The notes below the pieces were generated by a model. That model saw only the letters and a list, made by a program, of their open reading frames with translations. It made no database searches and was not told the DNA's origin. A stretch of DNA of 64,000 nucleotides from Planctomycetota bacterium (GTDB taxonomy: Bacteria; Planctomycetota; SZUA-567; H5-PLA8): NCBI GenBank assembly GCA_038227875.1, contig JBBRPR010000021.1, forward strand, positions 70,999-134,998. The letters are read 5' to 3'. Positions 1 to 10,145 of the stretch are shown here, piece by piece (position 1 is the stretch's first letter; each line of letters starts with the position of its first letter). Made by a program: the position numbers and the translations under genes.

Positions 1-1491
1 CTGTTCGAATCCAATCTAATCGGGATAATCTTCTGGGACTCCAGCGGTTCGATCTTAAGCGCCAACGACACCTTTCTAAACATGCTTCGCTATACGCGTG
101 AAGATTTTGAAAACGGAACATTCAACTGGAAGTCGATCACGCCGCCGGAATTCACCGAGCTGGATAGTATCAACGTCAAGCTGATCGCGGAGACCGGGTC
201 GTGTCCTCCGTTCGAAAAGGAATACTTTCGCAAAGACGGAACGCGCCTGCCCGCGCTGGTCGGCGGTGCGGCCGTGAAAAGCGCGAACGGCGAAGGCGTC
301 GCGTTCGTGCTCGATATCAGCAACAAGAAGATGCTCGAAGAACAGCTCCGGCAGGCGCAGAAGATGGAAGCCGTCGGACGACTGGCTGGCGGCATCGCGC
401 ACGATTTCAACAATCTGCTGACAGTGATCATCGGGCGTTCGGAGCTGGTCTTGAGCCAGCTCGATCCCAAGGACAAAAATTACAAGCCCATCGAGCTGGT
501 GCGCTCCACGGGCTCCCGCGCGGCCGCGCTGACCCGTCAGTTGCTCCAGTTCAGCCGGCAGCAGGTACTGCAGCCGAAGATCGTCAGCTTGAAATCGATC
601 TGCGCCGACATGCGCGAAATGCTCCAGCGGTTGCTGGGCGAGAACGTGGAACTGTCGATCGTCGCTCCGCCGAAATTAAGGCTTGCGAAAATCGATCCCA
701 GCCAGATCCAGCAGGTCATCCTCAATCTCGTGCTGAACGCGCGTGACGCCATGCCTCAAGGCGGGCGCATCACCGTCGAAACGTCCGACTTCGACCTGAC
801 CGAGGAATTCACGCGCACACACCTCGGAGTAAAATCCGGCCCGCACGTCATGCTCAGCGTCGCCGACACCGGTACGGGCATCACCGAAGCCGTGCGGGCG
901 CGGTTGTTCGAGCCGTTCTTCACCACCAAGGAACAGGGCAAAGGCACGGGCCTGGGCCTCTCCACGGTCTACGGAATCGTCAAACAAAGCGGCGGAGACA
1001 TCTGGGTCTACAGCGAGCCCGGACGCGGCACAATTTTCAAAGTTTACTTCCCCGCCGTCTCTGGAAATCCGTCGACAGAATCGAACTCCGCGATGACCTC
1101 GGTCAAAACGGGCGGCGAAACGATTCTGGTCGTCGAAGACGAAGAGTCGATTGCGACGTTGCTGCAGGATGTCCTTAAGCAAGCCGGCTACACCGTGCTG
1201 CTGGCTGGCGATCCGGTGATAGCGCTCGACAAAATCAAGCAGACGGCAGCTCCATTCCAGCTGTTGCTCACCGATGTCGTGATGCCCCGGATGAGCGGCC
1301 GCGACCTGGCTGACATCGTTTCCAAAGAACATCCGGGAATAAAAATTCTCTATATGTCCGGGTACACCAGCAATACCATCACCGATCAGGGCGGGCTGGC
1401 GGCAGGTGTTTCGTTTCTTGAAAAGCCCTTCACACCGCGCTCGCTGCTGAAAAAAGTCCGCGAGGTTCTGGAATCCGAATCAGCCAAGTGA
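1..1491 (+). CDS. Hybrid PAS sensor histidine kinase/response regulator (5' end lies outside the window)
   Basis: Frame is open from base 1 ([16 protein letters not shown]). H-box GIAHDFNN, N-box [24 protein letters not shown], and C-terminal receiver LLTDVVMP...EKPF. Confidence 0.95.
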   Translation: MFESNLIGIIFWDSSGSILSANDTFLNMLRYTREDFENGTFNWKSITPPEFTELDSINVKLIAETGSCPPFEKEYFRKDGTRLPALVGGAAVKSANGEGVAFVLDISNKKMLEEQLRQAQKMEAVGRLAGGIAHDFNNLLTVIIGRSELVLSQLDPKDKNYKPIELVRSTGSRAAALTRQLLQFSRQQVLQPKIVSLKSICADMREMLQRLLGENVELSIVAPPKLRLAKIDPSQIQQVILNLVLNARDAMPQGGRITVETSDFDLTEEFTRTHLGVKSGPHVMLSVADTGTGITEAVRARLFEPFFTTKEQGKGTGLGLSTVYGIVKQSGGDIWVYSEPGRGTIFKVYFPAVSGNPSTESNSAMTSVKTGGETILVVEDEESIATLLQDVLKQAGYTVLLAGDPVIALDKIKQTAAPFQLLLTDVVMPRMSGRDLADIVSKEHPGIKILYMSGYTSNTITDQGGLAAGVSFLEKPFTPRSLLKKVREVLESESAK

Positions 1492-1503
1492 CCTCTTAGT
1501 CCT

Positions 1504-1971
1504 ATGACCATTAAATCCCAAATCGATTACCGTTGTCCGGCCTGCATGCTGGAATGGCTGCCTTACGCCAACGGACTGCACTGCCCGAAATGCGGCCGCG
1601 AAATTCCCGACGCGGAAGTAACGGCGATCATCGCTGAAGCGCTGGAGTCGGCGAAGTTCAACAAGAAACTCTACGGGCATTTCGATCTGGAATACTGGCT
1701 GCCGCGGCGACTGGGCGACAATTATTTGAAGTGGGGCTTCGTTGCGCTTCAGGCCGCTGAATCCGAACCGGATTCCGATTCGAAAAATCTGGCGATCGGC
1801 GCACTGATGCAAGTTGATCTCGAAGCGCTCGCGCCCTACCGAGAACACGTCGCCGGATTTCTGGCCGCACTGATCGACAGCTACCGCGCGGCCGCAAAGA
1901 GCAATCCCGCCGATTGGCAGAAGATGCCCGAGCCGGACAAGCCGTTCTTCGGGCGCAAGACAATTGAGTAG
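1504..1971 (+). CDS. Hypothetical protein with N-terminal zinc ribbon
   Basis: CPAC...CPKC motif; starts 12 nt after the kinase stop. Confidence 0.8.
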   Translation: MTIKSQIDYRCPACMLEWLPYANGLHCPKCGREIPDAEVTAIIAEALESAKFNKKLYGHFDLEYWLPRRLGDNYLKWGFVALQAAESEPDSDSKNLAIGALMQVDLEALAPYREHVAGFLAALIDSYRAAAKSNPADWQKMPEPDKPFFGRKTIE

Positions 1972-1981
1972 TAGCCTTCCC

Positions 1982-2053
1982 TTCCTCGCCGCTCAAGCCG
2001 AAGGGCTGAACGTCCGATAAACATTATCGGAAGTTCACTGGCGGCTTGAGGAA
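1982..2053 (+). promoter_or_regulatory. Long hairpin overlapping the RBS of a small ORF
   Basis: Nested arms CTCAAGCCG/CGGCTTGAG, TGAAC/GTTCA and TCCGATAA/TTATCGGA. An alternative pairing of TTCCTCGCCGC with GCGGC(TT)GAGGAA covers the SD. Confidence 0.6.
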
Positions 2054-2060
2054 TCACACA

Positions 2061-2204
2061 ATGTCCTATTTGGAAAGCTTGACGATCATCGCCATCGTCA
2101 CGGGATTCTTTGTCTACGTGATGTGGATGGTCGAGCACAAGAACTGGCCCAGCGACAACGCGACAACGCTGGAAGCTGTGGTGAAAGAATTGATGGGAAT
2201 GTAA
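2061..2204 (+). CDS. 47-aa small membrane protein (not in ORF track)
   Basis: MSYLESLTIIAIVTGFFVYVMWMVEHKNWPSDNATTLEAVVKELMGM*; GAGGA SD upstream; one hydrophobic helix. Confidence 0.6.
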   Translation: MSYLESLTIIAIVTGFFVYVMWMVEHKNWPSDNATTLEAVVKELMGM

Positions 2205-2219
2205 CGCGGCCGACGATGC

Positions 2220-3092
2220 TTATTGCTTTTCGAACGGATCCTGCCGGAAGACAGCGACGACTTCTCCATTAAACTCGCGTTTGAATTCCTCAATCGGAGT
2301 CCAACCAAGAAAGCCAATGGGATCGGCCACGTTGATGCCTTTCTGTGGATCCGTCTCCAGAACCGCCACCACGTGTGGCGAGCCATTGAAGGTCATCGCA
2401 CACACCACCGGTTTTCGGAGTGCCATGAACGCTCTCCAGTCCGGTGCGACAATTTTCACGTGCCATCCCTGCGGAGACGCCTTTGTCTTCAATCCCGCCG
2501 CCAGTCCCAGCACCGACGAGCCTGCATGCGGACGGGTCAGGCAGAGCACCGCCATCTCCGCTTCGGTCGCATTCGCATCGATGCCACTGGCACGCAACAA
2601 CGTCGCACAGGCCGACGGCCCGCAGGTGTAATTCAGGGTTTGGCGCACGAACGTTCCGCGATCCGGCGGTTTTCCATTCACCGCTTGAGCGTTGTTGATT
2701 TCCGAAAGAATTTCTTCCGGCTCGAAAAGTGTCGGCGCGGCCGCGGCATACAAAATGGCCGTGCACAAAAATCCCAGCATCACTTGCATCCGTGCCCATT
2801 TGGCGAGCGTTCGCTGATTTTCTGCGGAGCGCAGAAACGATTGGCTCGCCGCAAGGTAAAACAGCACGGTCGCCAGCGGCGCATACCAACTCGTCTGCAG
2901 ATAACAGGTCAGCGGACAGAGCGCGAATTCCGGCAACTCGGCCGGATGGTGCGAGAGATACGCGCCGCACACCAATAGCACGCAGACCAGCGCCGCGAAT
3001 ACCGTCGCATACGCCTTCCTAACTTTGCCCACCTGCCAGCCGACAATCGCCGCGACCAGCATCGAAAGCGCAATCAGCCCGGTGATCAGCAC
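2220..3092 (-). CDS. Membrane protein with C39-like cysteine peptidase domain
   Basis: About 4 TM segments, then RQTLNYTCGP (Gln/Cys), PHVVAV (His) and VADP (Asp). Confidence 0.85.
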   Translation of the reverse strand: MLITGLIALSMLVAAIVGWQVGKVRKAYATVFAALVCVLLVCGAYLSHHPAELPEFALCPLTCYLQTSWYAPLATVLFYLAASQSFLRSAENQRTLAKWARMQVMLGFLCTAILYAAAAPTLFEPEEILSEINNAQAVNGKPPDRGTFVRQTLNYTCGPSACATLLRASGIDANATEAEMAVLCLTRPHAGSSVLGLAAGLKTKASPQGWHVKIVAPDWRAFMALRKPVVCAMTFNGSPHVVAVLETDPQKGINVADPIGFLGWTPIEEFKREFNGEVVAVFRQDPFEKQ

Positions 3093-3170
3093 AGTTACGT
3101 CCCTATTCGCGCGACGCTTCGAATTTCATTTTTCACTCGCGACATTCGTCATTCGAAATTCGACATTCCC

Positions 3171-4430
3171 TTAGCCTTTCAGCCCCGTCATCGCAATGCC
3201 GCGCATAAACGTTTTGCGCGCCAGCAGGAAGAGCACGATCAGCGGCATCGAAAACATCATGCTCGCCGCCATCACGTAATGCCACGGCGTGCCGCCCTGC
3301 TGGCTGTAAAAGCCCTGCAGTCCCAGCGAGAGCGTAAACTGCGACTTATCCTGCATGTAGACCATTGGCCCCATGAATTCTTTCCACATCGAAATGAACT
3401 GAAAGAGCGCCACCATCGCCAACGCCGGACGCGCCAGCGGGACGATCACGTGCCAGACGATCTCCAGTTCTGAGCAGCCGTCGATGCGCGCCGCGTCGAG
3501 CAGTTCCTTGGGCAGTCCCAGAAAAAATTGGCGCAGAAGAAAAATGAAAAACGCACCGCCAAACCAGAGCGGCACCCACAGCGGCCTGAACGTGCCGATC
3601 CAGCCAAACGTGTGGAACACATCGTAGAGCGGCACCATGGTCGCCGGGAACGGGACCATCATCACCGCCAGCGTGACGGCAAAGAGCACCGTCTTGCCCG
3701 GAAATTCGAGAAAGGCGAACGCGTACGCAACAAGCGTGCAGGAGGCCACCGCGCCCACAACCGACAGAATGCACAGAAAAAGCGTGTTCAGCACGTAGCG
3801 TACAAAGCCGACTTCGTACCACTTCTTGTCTTCGTTGCCGATGCCCTTCATGCGTTCCAGCGCCGAGCCGTAATTTTCAACGAAGGCATGCGGCGCGGAA
3901 CTGATTTCAGCGTCGGGCACGCAATCCCACCCGAGTTCGTGATCTTCTTTCGCGCGCTCTGCCGAAATTTCGGGAGCCCACTCCACCACCAACCACCATC
4001 CCGCCGGACAATCCTTGACGACGTCCACTTTCACCGGATCCTGCTCGAAAATTTCGCGGCCGGCCTGCACAAACTTGATCATCGCCTTCGACGACGCGTC
4101 AACTTCCGCCTTGCGGATCAGCTTGCGCTTGCCCTTCTCGTGGCCTTCCTGCGGAACCACTATGACGCTGTCGAACTCCAGTTGCTTCTCTTTGATGACA
4201 ATCTTCTTTTCGCCAGCGAGCTGCACGTAGTTGGCGCGCGGAATCAGCGTCGGCGGCAGCGACATGGTCTGATCGTGCGGCTTGAGCGAGGTCGAGGCCA
4301 TCCACACCAGCGGCAACAGAAACAGCAGGCCGGCCGTGAGCAGGATCAAATGCGAGACGCCATTGAGCAGGGGGCTCTGCCCGTGGCGCGAGCCGTATCC
4401 TGCGCTGAGGTCGGTTTCTTTTTCGGCCAC
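3171..4430 (-). CDS. Carbohydrate ABC transporter permease (MalG-like) with large loop insertion
   Basis: EAA motif ELLDAARIDGCS; FLLRQFFLGLP. Confidence 0.93.
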   Translation of the reverse strand: MAEKETDLSAGYGSRHGQSPLLNGVSHLILLTAGLLFLLPLVWMASTSLKPHDQTMSLPPTLIPRANYVQLAGEKKIVIKEKQLEFDSVIVVPQEGHEKGKRKLIRKAEVDASSKAMIKFVQAGREIFEQDPVKVDVVKDCPAGWWLVVEWAPEISAERAKEDHELGWDCVPDAEISSAPHAFVENYGSALERMKGIGNEDKKWYEVGFVRYVLNTLFLCILSVVGAVASCTLVAYAFAFLEFPGKTVLFAVTLAVMMVPFPATMVPLYDVFHTFGWIGTFRPLWVPLWFGGAFFIFLLRQFFLGLPKELLDAARIDGCSELEIVWHVIVPLARPALAMVALFQFISMWKEFMGPMVYMQDKSQFTLSLGLQGFYSQQGGTPWHYVMAASMMFSMPLIVLFLLARKTFMRGIAMTGLKG

Positions 4431-4434
4431 AGTT

Positions 4435-5367
4435 TCAGCGCCCCGCGTAGTAGACCCGGTCTCTGGAGAGCCGGAAAGCCAGAGCCGTCAGCAACAGAAT
4501 GATCACGAACAGAATCCACGAAAGCGCACAGGAATAACCCATGCGCATGTATCGGAAGGCGTTGTCGTAAATGTACTGCGGGAGAAAATAGGCTGCGCGG
4601 TCCGGGCCGCCTTCGGGAAAAATCAGATACGGCTCGGTGAATATCTGGAGAGCGCCGATGATCCCCATGATGATGTTGAACAGGATCACCGGACTGATCA
4701 TCGGCAGCGTGACATGGCGGATCTTCTGTAACACATTCGCACCGTCGATCTCCGCCGCTTCATATAGTTCTTGCGGCACGTCCTGCAATTTCGCCAAGTA
4801 GATGAACGCTGTCTGCCCGATGCCCCAGATCACCACCAGGAACAACGACGAGAGCGGCCAGTTGGTCAGCCACGCCGGCGGACCCCACGCCAGATCGGGC
4901 TGCTTCAACACGGCGTCGACGTAATGCGGATCAATCGCGCCGCGCAGCGCGTTGGCAAGCGTATAGAACGGGCTGAGCAGACCGTTGATCAGTCCGTACT
5001 GACCGTTGAACATCCAATTCCACAGCAGCGCGGAAACGACCGCCGGAATCAGATGCGGCAGGTACAGCACCACGCTGTAGAGCGACTGGCCGCGGCGAAC
5101 GGAGTTCATCAGCAACGCCAGCCCCAGCGAGACGAACAGCCCGCCGAAAACGCTGAGCGCACCGAACAGCAGCGTATTGCGCAGCACTTTCCAGAAGAGG
5201 TCATCGTGGAGCATCGCCGAAAAATTCTCCAACCCGATCCACGTCGCCGGGCGGAGCACGCTGAATTCCGTGAAGCTGTAATAGATTGACGCCGCAAACG
5301 GATAGAGCGTGAAGACGCTCAACCCAATCAGCCACGGCAGCACGAAGAGCAGAGCTTTGAAGCGCAT
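4435..5367 (-). CDS. Carbohydrate ABC transporter permease (MalF-like)
   Basis: ELYEAAEIDGAN...RHVTLPMISP; start MRFKALL overlaps the upstream stop (TAATG). Confidence 0.93.
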   Translation of the reverse strand: MRFKALLFVLPWLIGLSVFTLYPFAASIYYSFTEFSVLRPATWIGLENFSAMLHDDLFWKVLRNTLLFGALSVFGGLFVSLGLALLMNSVRRGQSLYSVVLYLPHLIPAVVSALLWNWMFNGQYGLINGLLSPFYTLANALRGAIDPHYVDAVLKQPDLAWGPPAWLTNWPLSSLFLVVIWGIGQTAFIYLAKLQDVPQELYEAAEIDGANVLQKIRHVTLPMISPVILFNIIMGIIGALQIFTEPYLIFPEGGPDRAAYFLPQYIYDNAFRYMRMGYSCALSWILFVIILLLTALAFRLSRDRVYYAGR

Positions 5368-6743
5368 TATTTGGTCCGTTCCGCTTCGAGCGCTTTGGCG
5401 TCGGCCGTCGATTTGAGCAGTTGCGTCAGCTTCGGCTGCATGCGGTTTTGAACATTCTGCAGCGCCTGCTCGGGCGTGACCGTGCCCAGCCACATCGAAT
5501 CGAACGCCGATTGCAATTCGGCTTTGTATTCGTCCCACATTGGCAGCTTGGGGCAGCTCATCGCATTTTTACTTTTCGCCAGGTCAATGAAGACCTGGAG
5601 ATGCGGATGCAGATGCGCGTCGATCCAGCCCGGTGTGGTCGTCTTGAATGGCGTCAGCTTCCCCTGCCCGCCCCGGTTGCCAACGCCCCCGCAGAGAAAT
5701 TCCATGCCTTCCGTCGAGTTGATGAACTTCATCACTTCCCACGCTTCTTCGGGATGCTTGGCACCGCGCGGAATCGTGATCACATCCATCTCCGCGATGG
5801 TCACGGGCTGTCCTCCGGTCTCGAACGCCGCCGGACATGGGCCGCAGCCCCAGTTTAAATGCGGGTTGTGGAAGCGGATAAAGTTGGCCATCCACACGCC
5901 CTGGATCACCATCGCCACTTTGCCATTCAAGAACGCATTCTGCGGCGAATCGAACGAACCGAAACCCTGGCGGTACGAGTACGTCTCCTTCCTGCCATAT
6001 TTCTCCGCAAAACGCGACATCCAATTCCACGCTTCCACGTTCTTCGGATCGGTCGCGGTGATTTTGTCGAGTCCCTCGCACAGCCGGCCGCCCCAGAAAA
6101 ATCCCCAGCCCCAATTCCACCAGCCCGGCTCGGTTGGCAGGAATCCCATCTGAACAATGTTTCCCTTCTCATCCCGCTTGGTCAGCTTCTCGGCGTACTC
6201 CAGCAGTTCGTCCATGGTCTGAGGTGGACGCTCCGGATTCAGCCCCGCCGCGCGGAACAAATCCTTGTTCCAATGCAATGCCACCGTGGCCGGCGTGGTC
6301 GGCAGGCACCAGGTTTTGCTGCGGTACTGGCAGCTCTGCAGATACACGTCGATATACTTCTCGGTATCGAAGTGGTCGCGCTTGAAGTACTCATCCAGCG
6401 GCGTCAACGCACCCATGTCGGCCAGGGAATACGTATTGTTGGACCAGAAACCGGCGAGGTCCGGCGGGTTGCCTCCGGCGATGGCCAGCAATGATTTCCG
6501 GTCGACCTGCGTCATCGTCAGGTAATCGCAATGAATCGTTTCACCTTTGGTGTTCTTAATCTGCTTGGAATTGAACAAACTGATGGTGCGTTGCATGGCT
6601 TCGCCCTCGAAGCCCGTCCATTTTTCCCAATACACGATCTTGACGGTGCCCGGGTGCTGCGCGGGTGCAGGCACACGATCAAAAAAAAACCCACAAGTAA
6701 ATAAAAGGACTAGCGAAGTAAGTACCACGTATGGTATTCTCAT
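5367..6743 (-). CDS. Carbohydrate ABC transporter substrate-binding protein
   Basis: N-terminal hydrophobic anchor; AGGNPPDL, LHWNKDLF, FLNGKVAM; operonic with the permeases. Confidence 0.93.
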   Translation of the reverse strand: MRIPYVVLTSLVLLFTCGFFFDRVPAPAQHPGTVKIVYWEKWTGFEGEAMQRTISLFNSKQIKNTKGETIHCDYLTMTQVDRKSLLAIAGGNPPDLAGFWSNNTYSLADMGALTPLDEYFKRDHFDTEKYIDVYLQSCQYRSKTWCLPTTPATVALHWNKDLFRAAGLNPERPPQTMDELLEYAEKLTKRDEKGNIVQMGFLPTEPGWWNWGWGFFWGGRLCEGLDKITATDPKNVEAWNWMSRFAEKYGRKETYSYRQGFGSFDSPQNAFLNGKVAMVIQGVWMANFIRFHNPHLNWGCGPCPAAFETGGQPVTIAEMDVITIPRGAKHPEEAWEVMKFINSTEGMEFLCGGVGNRGGQGKLTPFKTTTPGWIDAHLHPHLQVFIDLAKSKNAMSCPKLPMWDEYKAELQSAFDSMWLGTVTPEQALQNVQNRMQPKLTQLLKSTADAKALEAERTK

Positions 6744-7021
6744 ATTGTGCAATTCCTTAATACTGCTGACGTTTAACGTATGATAAAGGTCACATTGCGC
6801 ATGTGCAATCAGGTTTCATTTTTATGCATAACCCGTTCTGATCTATCTGCTTATAAAAATAAAAAGGTTTTATAATTGTGACTAATAAAGTTTGTTTCAG
6901 AATTACGTCTGATTCACGCGGCCGACACCGTACTAATTACGTAACATACTTAACCGGCATGTGTCGCGACCGATGAAATAGGGACTGTTGCAAGCTTCTT
7001 CTGAGAACAGGTGCCAGAAAC

Positions 7022-7879
7022 ATGCAGAATATTCCCGGCTATACGATTAGTGGAAAAATCGCCGAAGGTGGATGTGCCCAGATTCTCGCGGGGACTGAAG
7101 TCAGCACTGGCCGCAGAGTCGCCGTCAAAATCCTGCACTCCCGCAACCTCGCTAACAAGGTGGAACACAAGCGCCTCGTCGATGAAGGCGCGCTCGGCTT
7201 GAAGCTCAAGCACGATAATCTCGTCCGCACCTACGCGACGGGCATGTCCGGCGACCTTCCCTACATCGTTCTGGAATACATCAAGGGCCGCATGTTGCGC
7301 GATTTGATCGCCGACAAATATTTGCTCGGCAATGTCGAAACGCTGATCCTGGCCAAAAGTCTCTGCCACGTCATCCGCTACCTGCATGACTCCAGCATCA
7401 TTCACAAGGACATCAAGCCCGACAACATCATGATCGGTGAACGGGGTGAAGTGAAGCTGCTCGACCTGGGCTTCGCGGAAGTGCCCAAAGGATTCTCGTT
7501 CTTCGCGCCCAAGCGACTCGATGGCAGCCCCGCGTACATGGCGCCCGAACTGCTGCTGACGAAGAAAGCCTCGTTCGCGACGGACGTCTACGCGATCGGC
7601 TGCACGCTTTACGAGGCCGCCACCGGCTTCACGCCCTTCGAAGGCATGTCTGACGCCGAGACGCTCACCAAGCAGACCAATATGAAGTACGCCGCGCCGC
7701 CGGTCACCCAGTCGAACAACCGCATCTCCGCGCTGACGGAAAAGACGATCCTCCGCGCCATCCAGAAGGACGTCGGGCAGCGCTACAAGTCCGTCGACGA
7801 GATGATGCTCGACATCGCGCGTAACCCGGCGAGCAACGATCCTAAAAGTTCAAACCGGCTCGCTCCAGTTACCGCCTGA
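7022..7879 (+). CDS. Hanks-type Ser/Thr protein kinase
   Basis: VAVK, HKDIKPDN, DLG and GSPAYMAPE motifs. Confidence 0.93.
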   Translation: MQNIPGYTISGKIAEGGCAQILAGTEVSTGRRVAVKILHSRNLANKVEHKRLVDEGALGLKLKHDNLVRTYATGMSGDLPYIVLEYIKGRMLRDLIADKYLLGNVETLILAKSLCHVIRYLHDSSIIHKDIKPDNIMIGERGEVKLLDLGFAEVPKGFSFFAPKRLDGSPAYMAPELLLTKKASFATDVYAIGCTLYEAATGFTPFEGMSDAETLTKQTNMKYAAPPVTQSNNRISALTEKTILRAIQKDVGQRYKSVDEMMLDIARNPASNDPKSSNRLAPVTA

Positions 7880-7880
7880 T

Positions 7881-9047
7881 TTATAATTTTCCCAGAACGT
7901 CGCGCGCGATGATCATGCGCTGAATTTGCGACGTTCCTTCACCAATCTCCAGCAGCTTCGCGTCGCGGAAGTAGCGTTCGACGGGAAATTCGTGCGTGTA
8001 GCCGTAGCCGCCATGAATCTGAACTGAATCGTTGCAGATGCGATTGCAGATTTCCGACGAATAGAGCTTGGCGATGCTGCATTGGCGCGTGTGCGGTTTG
8101 CCGGCGTCGCGGAGCTGTCCGGCGTGATAAACAAGATGCCGCGCCGCTTCGATGCCCACGGCCATGTCGGCGATCATGTTCCCCACCGACTGAAACGAAC
8201 CGATCGCCTTGCCGAACTGCTTGCGTTCCTGAGCGTATTTGACGGAAGCCTGCATCGCGCCAATCGCCAGCCCTACGCCGAGCGCACCGATGCCGACGCG
8301 GCCGCCGATCAGCGTGTCCATAAAGACGCTGAAACCCTGGTCCTGCGTGCCGAGCAGATTGTCGGCGGTCACCTCGGCGTCCTCAAAGCTGATTTCACCC
8401 CAGTCCGAACCGCGCATGCCCAGCTTCTTGCTGCCGGGATGAATCTTCATGCCTTTGGTACCGCTCTCAACCAGCAGCGCGCTGATACCGTGCGTTCCAG
8501 CCTCGGGTTTGGTGGATACCGCGAGCAGAAATACGCCCGCGACGTGCGCGTTGGTGATGAACGTCTTCGCGCCGTTGACAATGTAGCGGTCGCCCTTGAG
8601 CACAGCGCGCGTCTGCGTGCCGCCGGCGTCGGAGCCCGCGCCGGGTTCGGTCAGGCCAAAGGCGGCGAGCTTCTTTCCAGTGCAGAGATCGGGCAGAAAG
8701 CGTTTTTTCTGCGCGTCGGTACCGAAGCGATTGATCGGCGAGGTCCCCAGGCTGACGTGCGCCGCCACGGAAAGCGCCGTGCTGGCGCAGACGCGGGCGA
8801 TTTCCTCGACGACCGTCGCGCCGCAGAGCACATTCAGACCCATGCCGCCGTAGGTTTCCGGAAACGGCACGCCCAGCAACTGTGCGTCGGCGAGCGCCGT
8901 CCAGATCTCCTTGGGAATGTGTTGCTTCTCATCGATCTCTGACGCGACCTTTTGCAGATGCGTCTTGCAGAAGGTCTGCACCGTCTGGCGCACGGCGGCC
9001 TGCTCGTCGGTCAAATCCAGCGGTGCGAAAACATCGTTCTGGCTCAT
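7881..9047 (-). CDS. Acyl-CoA dehydrogenase
   Basis: [39 protein letters not shown]. Confidence 0.96.
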   Translation of the reverse strand: MSQNDVFAPLDLTDEQAAVRQTVQTFCKTHLQKVASEIDEKQHIPKEIWTALADAQLLGVPFPETYGGMGLNVLCGATVVEEIARVCASTALSVAAHVSLGTSPINRFGTDAQKKRFLPDLCTGKKLAAFGLTEPGAGSDAGGTQTRAVLKGDRYIVNGAKTFITNAHVAGVFLLAVSTKPEAGTHGISALLVESGTKGMKIHPGSKKLGMRGSDWGEISFEDAEVTADNLLGTQDQGFSVFMDTLIGGRVGIGALGVGLAIGAMQASVKYAQERKQFGKAIGSFQSVGNMIADMAVGIEAARHLVYHAGQLRDAGKPHTRQCSIAKLYSSEICNRICNDSVQIHGGYGYTHEFPVERYFRDAKLLEIGEGTSQIQRMIIARDVLGKL

Positions 9048-9160
9048 GGTCTACTCCTCATTGTGGTCGCCGGCGCAACGTGGATGGCATTCAACCACAA
9101 AGCCGATTTGGAATCATGGAAAAACTCGCGGATTGTCCGACGTGGTTTAGAATTCCGCCC

Positions 9161-10033
9161 ATGTCCCTGCTCTTCCCCACGTCAGATGACACCGCCCGTT
9201 TCGCCGCGGACTTGCACACGGAACACGTCGGCAAACACTTGGAATTCCGCCCGCGGACGGATTCCACCAACGATCTGGCGTTGGAGGCCGCGCGCAGCGG
9301 CGCCGCACATGGAATGACGTTCATCGCCGACGCGCAAGACCGCGGCCGTGGCCGGCGCGGACGGCAGTGGCAATCTCCGTCCGGCCTGAGCTTGCTGTTC
9401 TCCGTGCTGACGCGCCCGGGCCAGATTCCGCCCGCGGAGTCCGGCTGGATTCCACTGCTGGCAGGACTGGCCAGTCTCGATGGCATCCGCGCCGCAACGG
9501 GCCTTCACGCCGCGCTGAAGTGGCCCAACGACATCGTGTTGCCGTCCACCGATGCGCCGGGCTGGCGGAAACTCGGCGGCATTCTCTGCGAAAGCGCACT
9601 GCCCGGGAAAGAATCCGGCTCCGCCAGTTCCGGCGCGTTCGTGGTGATCGGCATCGGCATCAACGTCAACCATTCCGCCGCTGAACTACCCAAGCACGTG
9701 AAAGCTCCGCCGAGCAGCCTGCGCATCGAATCCCTCCGCACTGTCGAGCGCACCGTCCTCTTCGCCGCCATGTTGGAAGCGCTCGAGGCGCGCTTCAAGC
9801 AACTCGAAAACGCGTCTACACGCCCGGAGCTGAAACGCGCCGTCGAATCCAGCCTGCGCGAGTGGTGGACCGAAGACCGCGTGATCAGCGTGCGCCCGGG
9901 AGTGGAAGAAGACGGCGCCGAGATTATCCAAGGCCATTTTCAGCGTCTCGATGAATTCGGAAGACTCGTGCTCACCGATTTGAGCGGCAACACCGTTCCG
10001 CTTGCGGATGCCGAGATCGTTGGCGTGTTGTGA
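9161..10033 (+). CDS. birA: Biotin--[acetyl-CoA-carboxylase] ligase (no HTH)
   Basis: DSTN, GRGRRGRQWQSP, KWPND, RKLGGILCE, GIGINVN. Confidence 0.92.
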   Translation: MSLLFPTSDDTARFAADLHTEHVGKHLEFRPRTDSTNDLALEAARSGAAHGMTFIADAQDRGRGRRGRQWQSPSGLSLLFSVLTRPGQIPPAESGWIPLLAGLASLDGIRAATGLHAALKWPNDIVLPSTDAPGWRKLGGILCESALPGKESGSASSGAFVVIGIGINVNHSAAELPKHVKAPPSSLRIESLRTVERTVLFAAMLEALEARFKQLENASTRPELKRAVESSLREWWTEDRVISVRPGVEEDGAEIIQGHFQRLDEFGRLVLTDLSGNTVPLADAEIVGVL

Positions 10034-10070
10034 TCGCGGCAAAACCCGCGCGTGGCCAAGCCATTCGATA

Positions 10071-10103
10071 AAAAAACTCGCCGCAAATTGCGGCGAGTTT
10101 TTT
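10071..10103. terminator. Bidirectional intrinsic terminator
   Basis: AAAAAACTCGCCGC-AAATT-GCGGCGAGTTTTTT between convergent genes. Confidence 0.85.
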
Positions 10104-10145
10104 CATCTGTCTGCCTACTTCCGTACTGACCCCTGGCCCATTCCC

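Noticed and set aside
3171..6743. Missing ATPase in the sugar ABC operon
   Set aside because: CUT1 systems commonly share an ATPase encoded elsewhere (MsiK/MsmX type).
6750..6950. oriC candidate in the AT-rich gap
   Set aside because: No TTATCCACA-type DnaA boxes seen and no dnaA/dnaN nearby.
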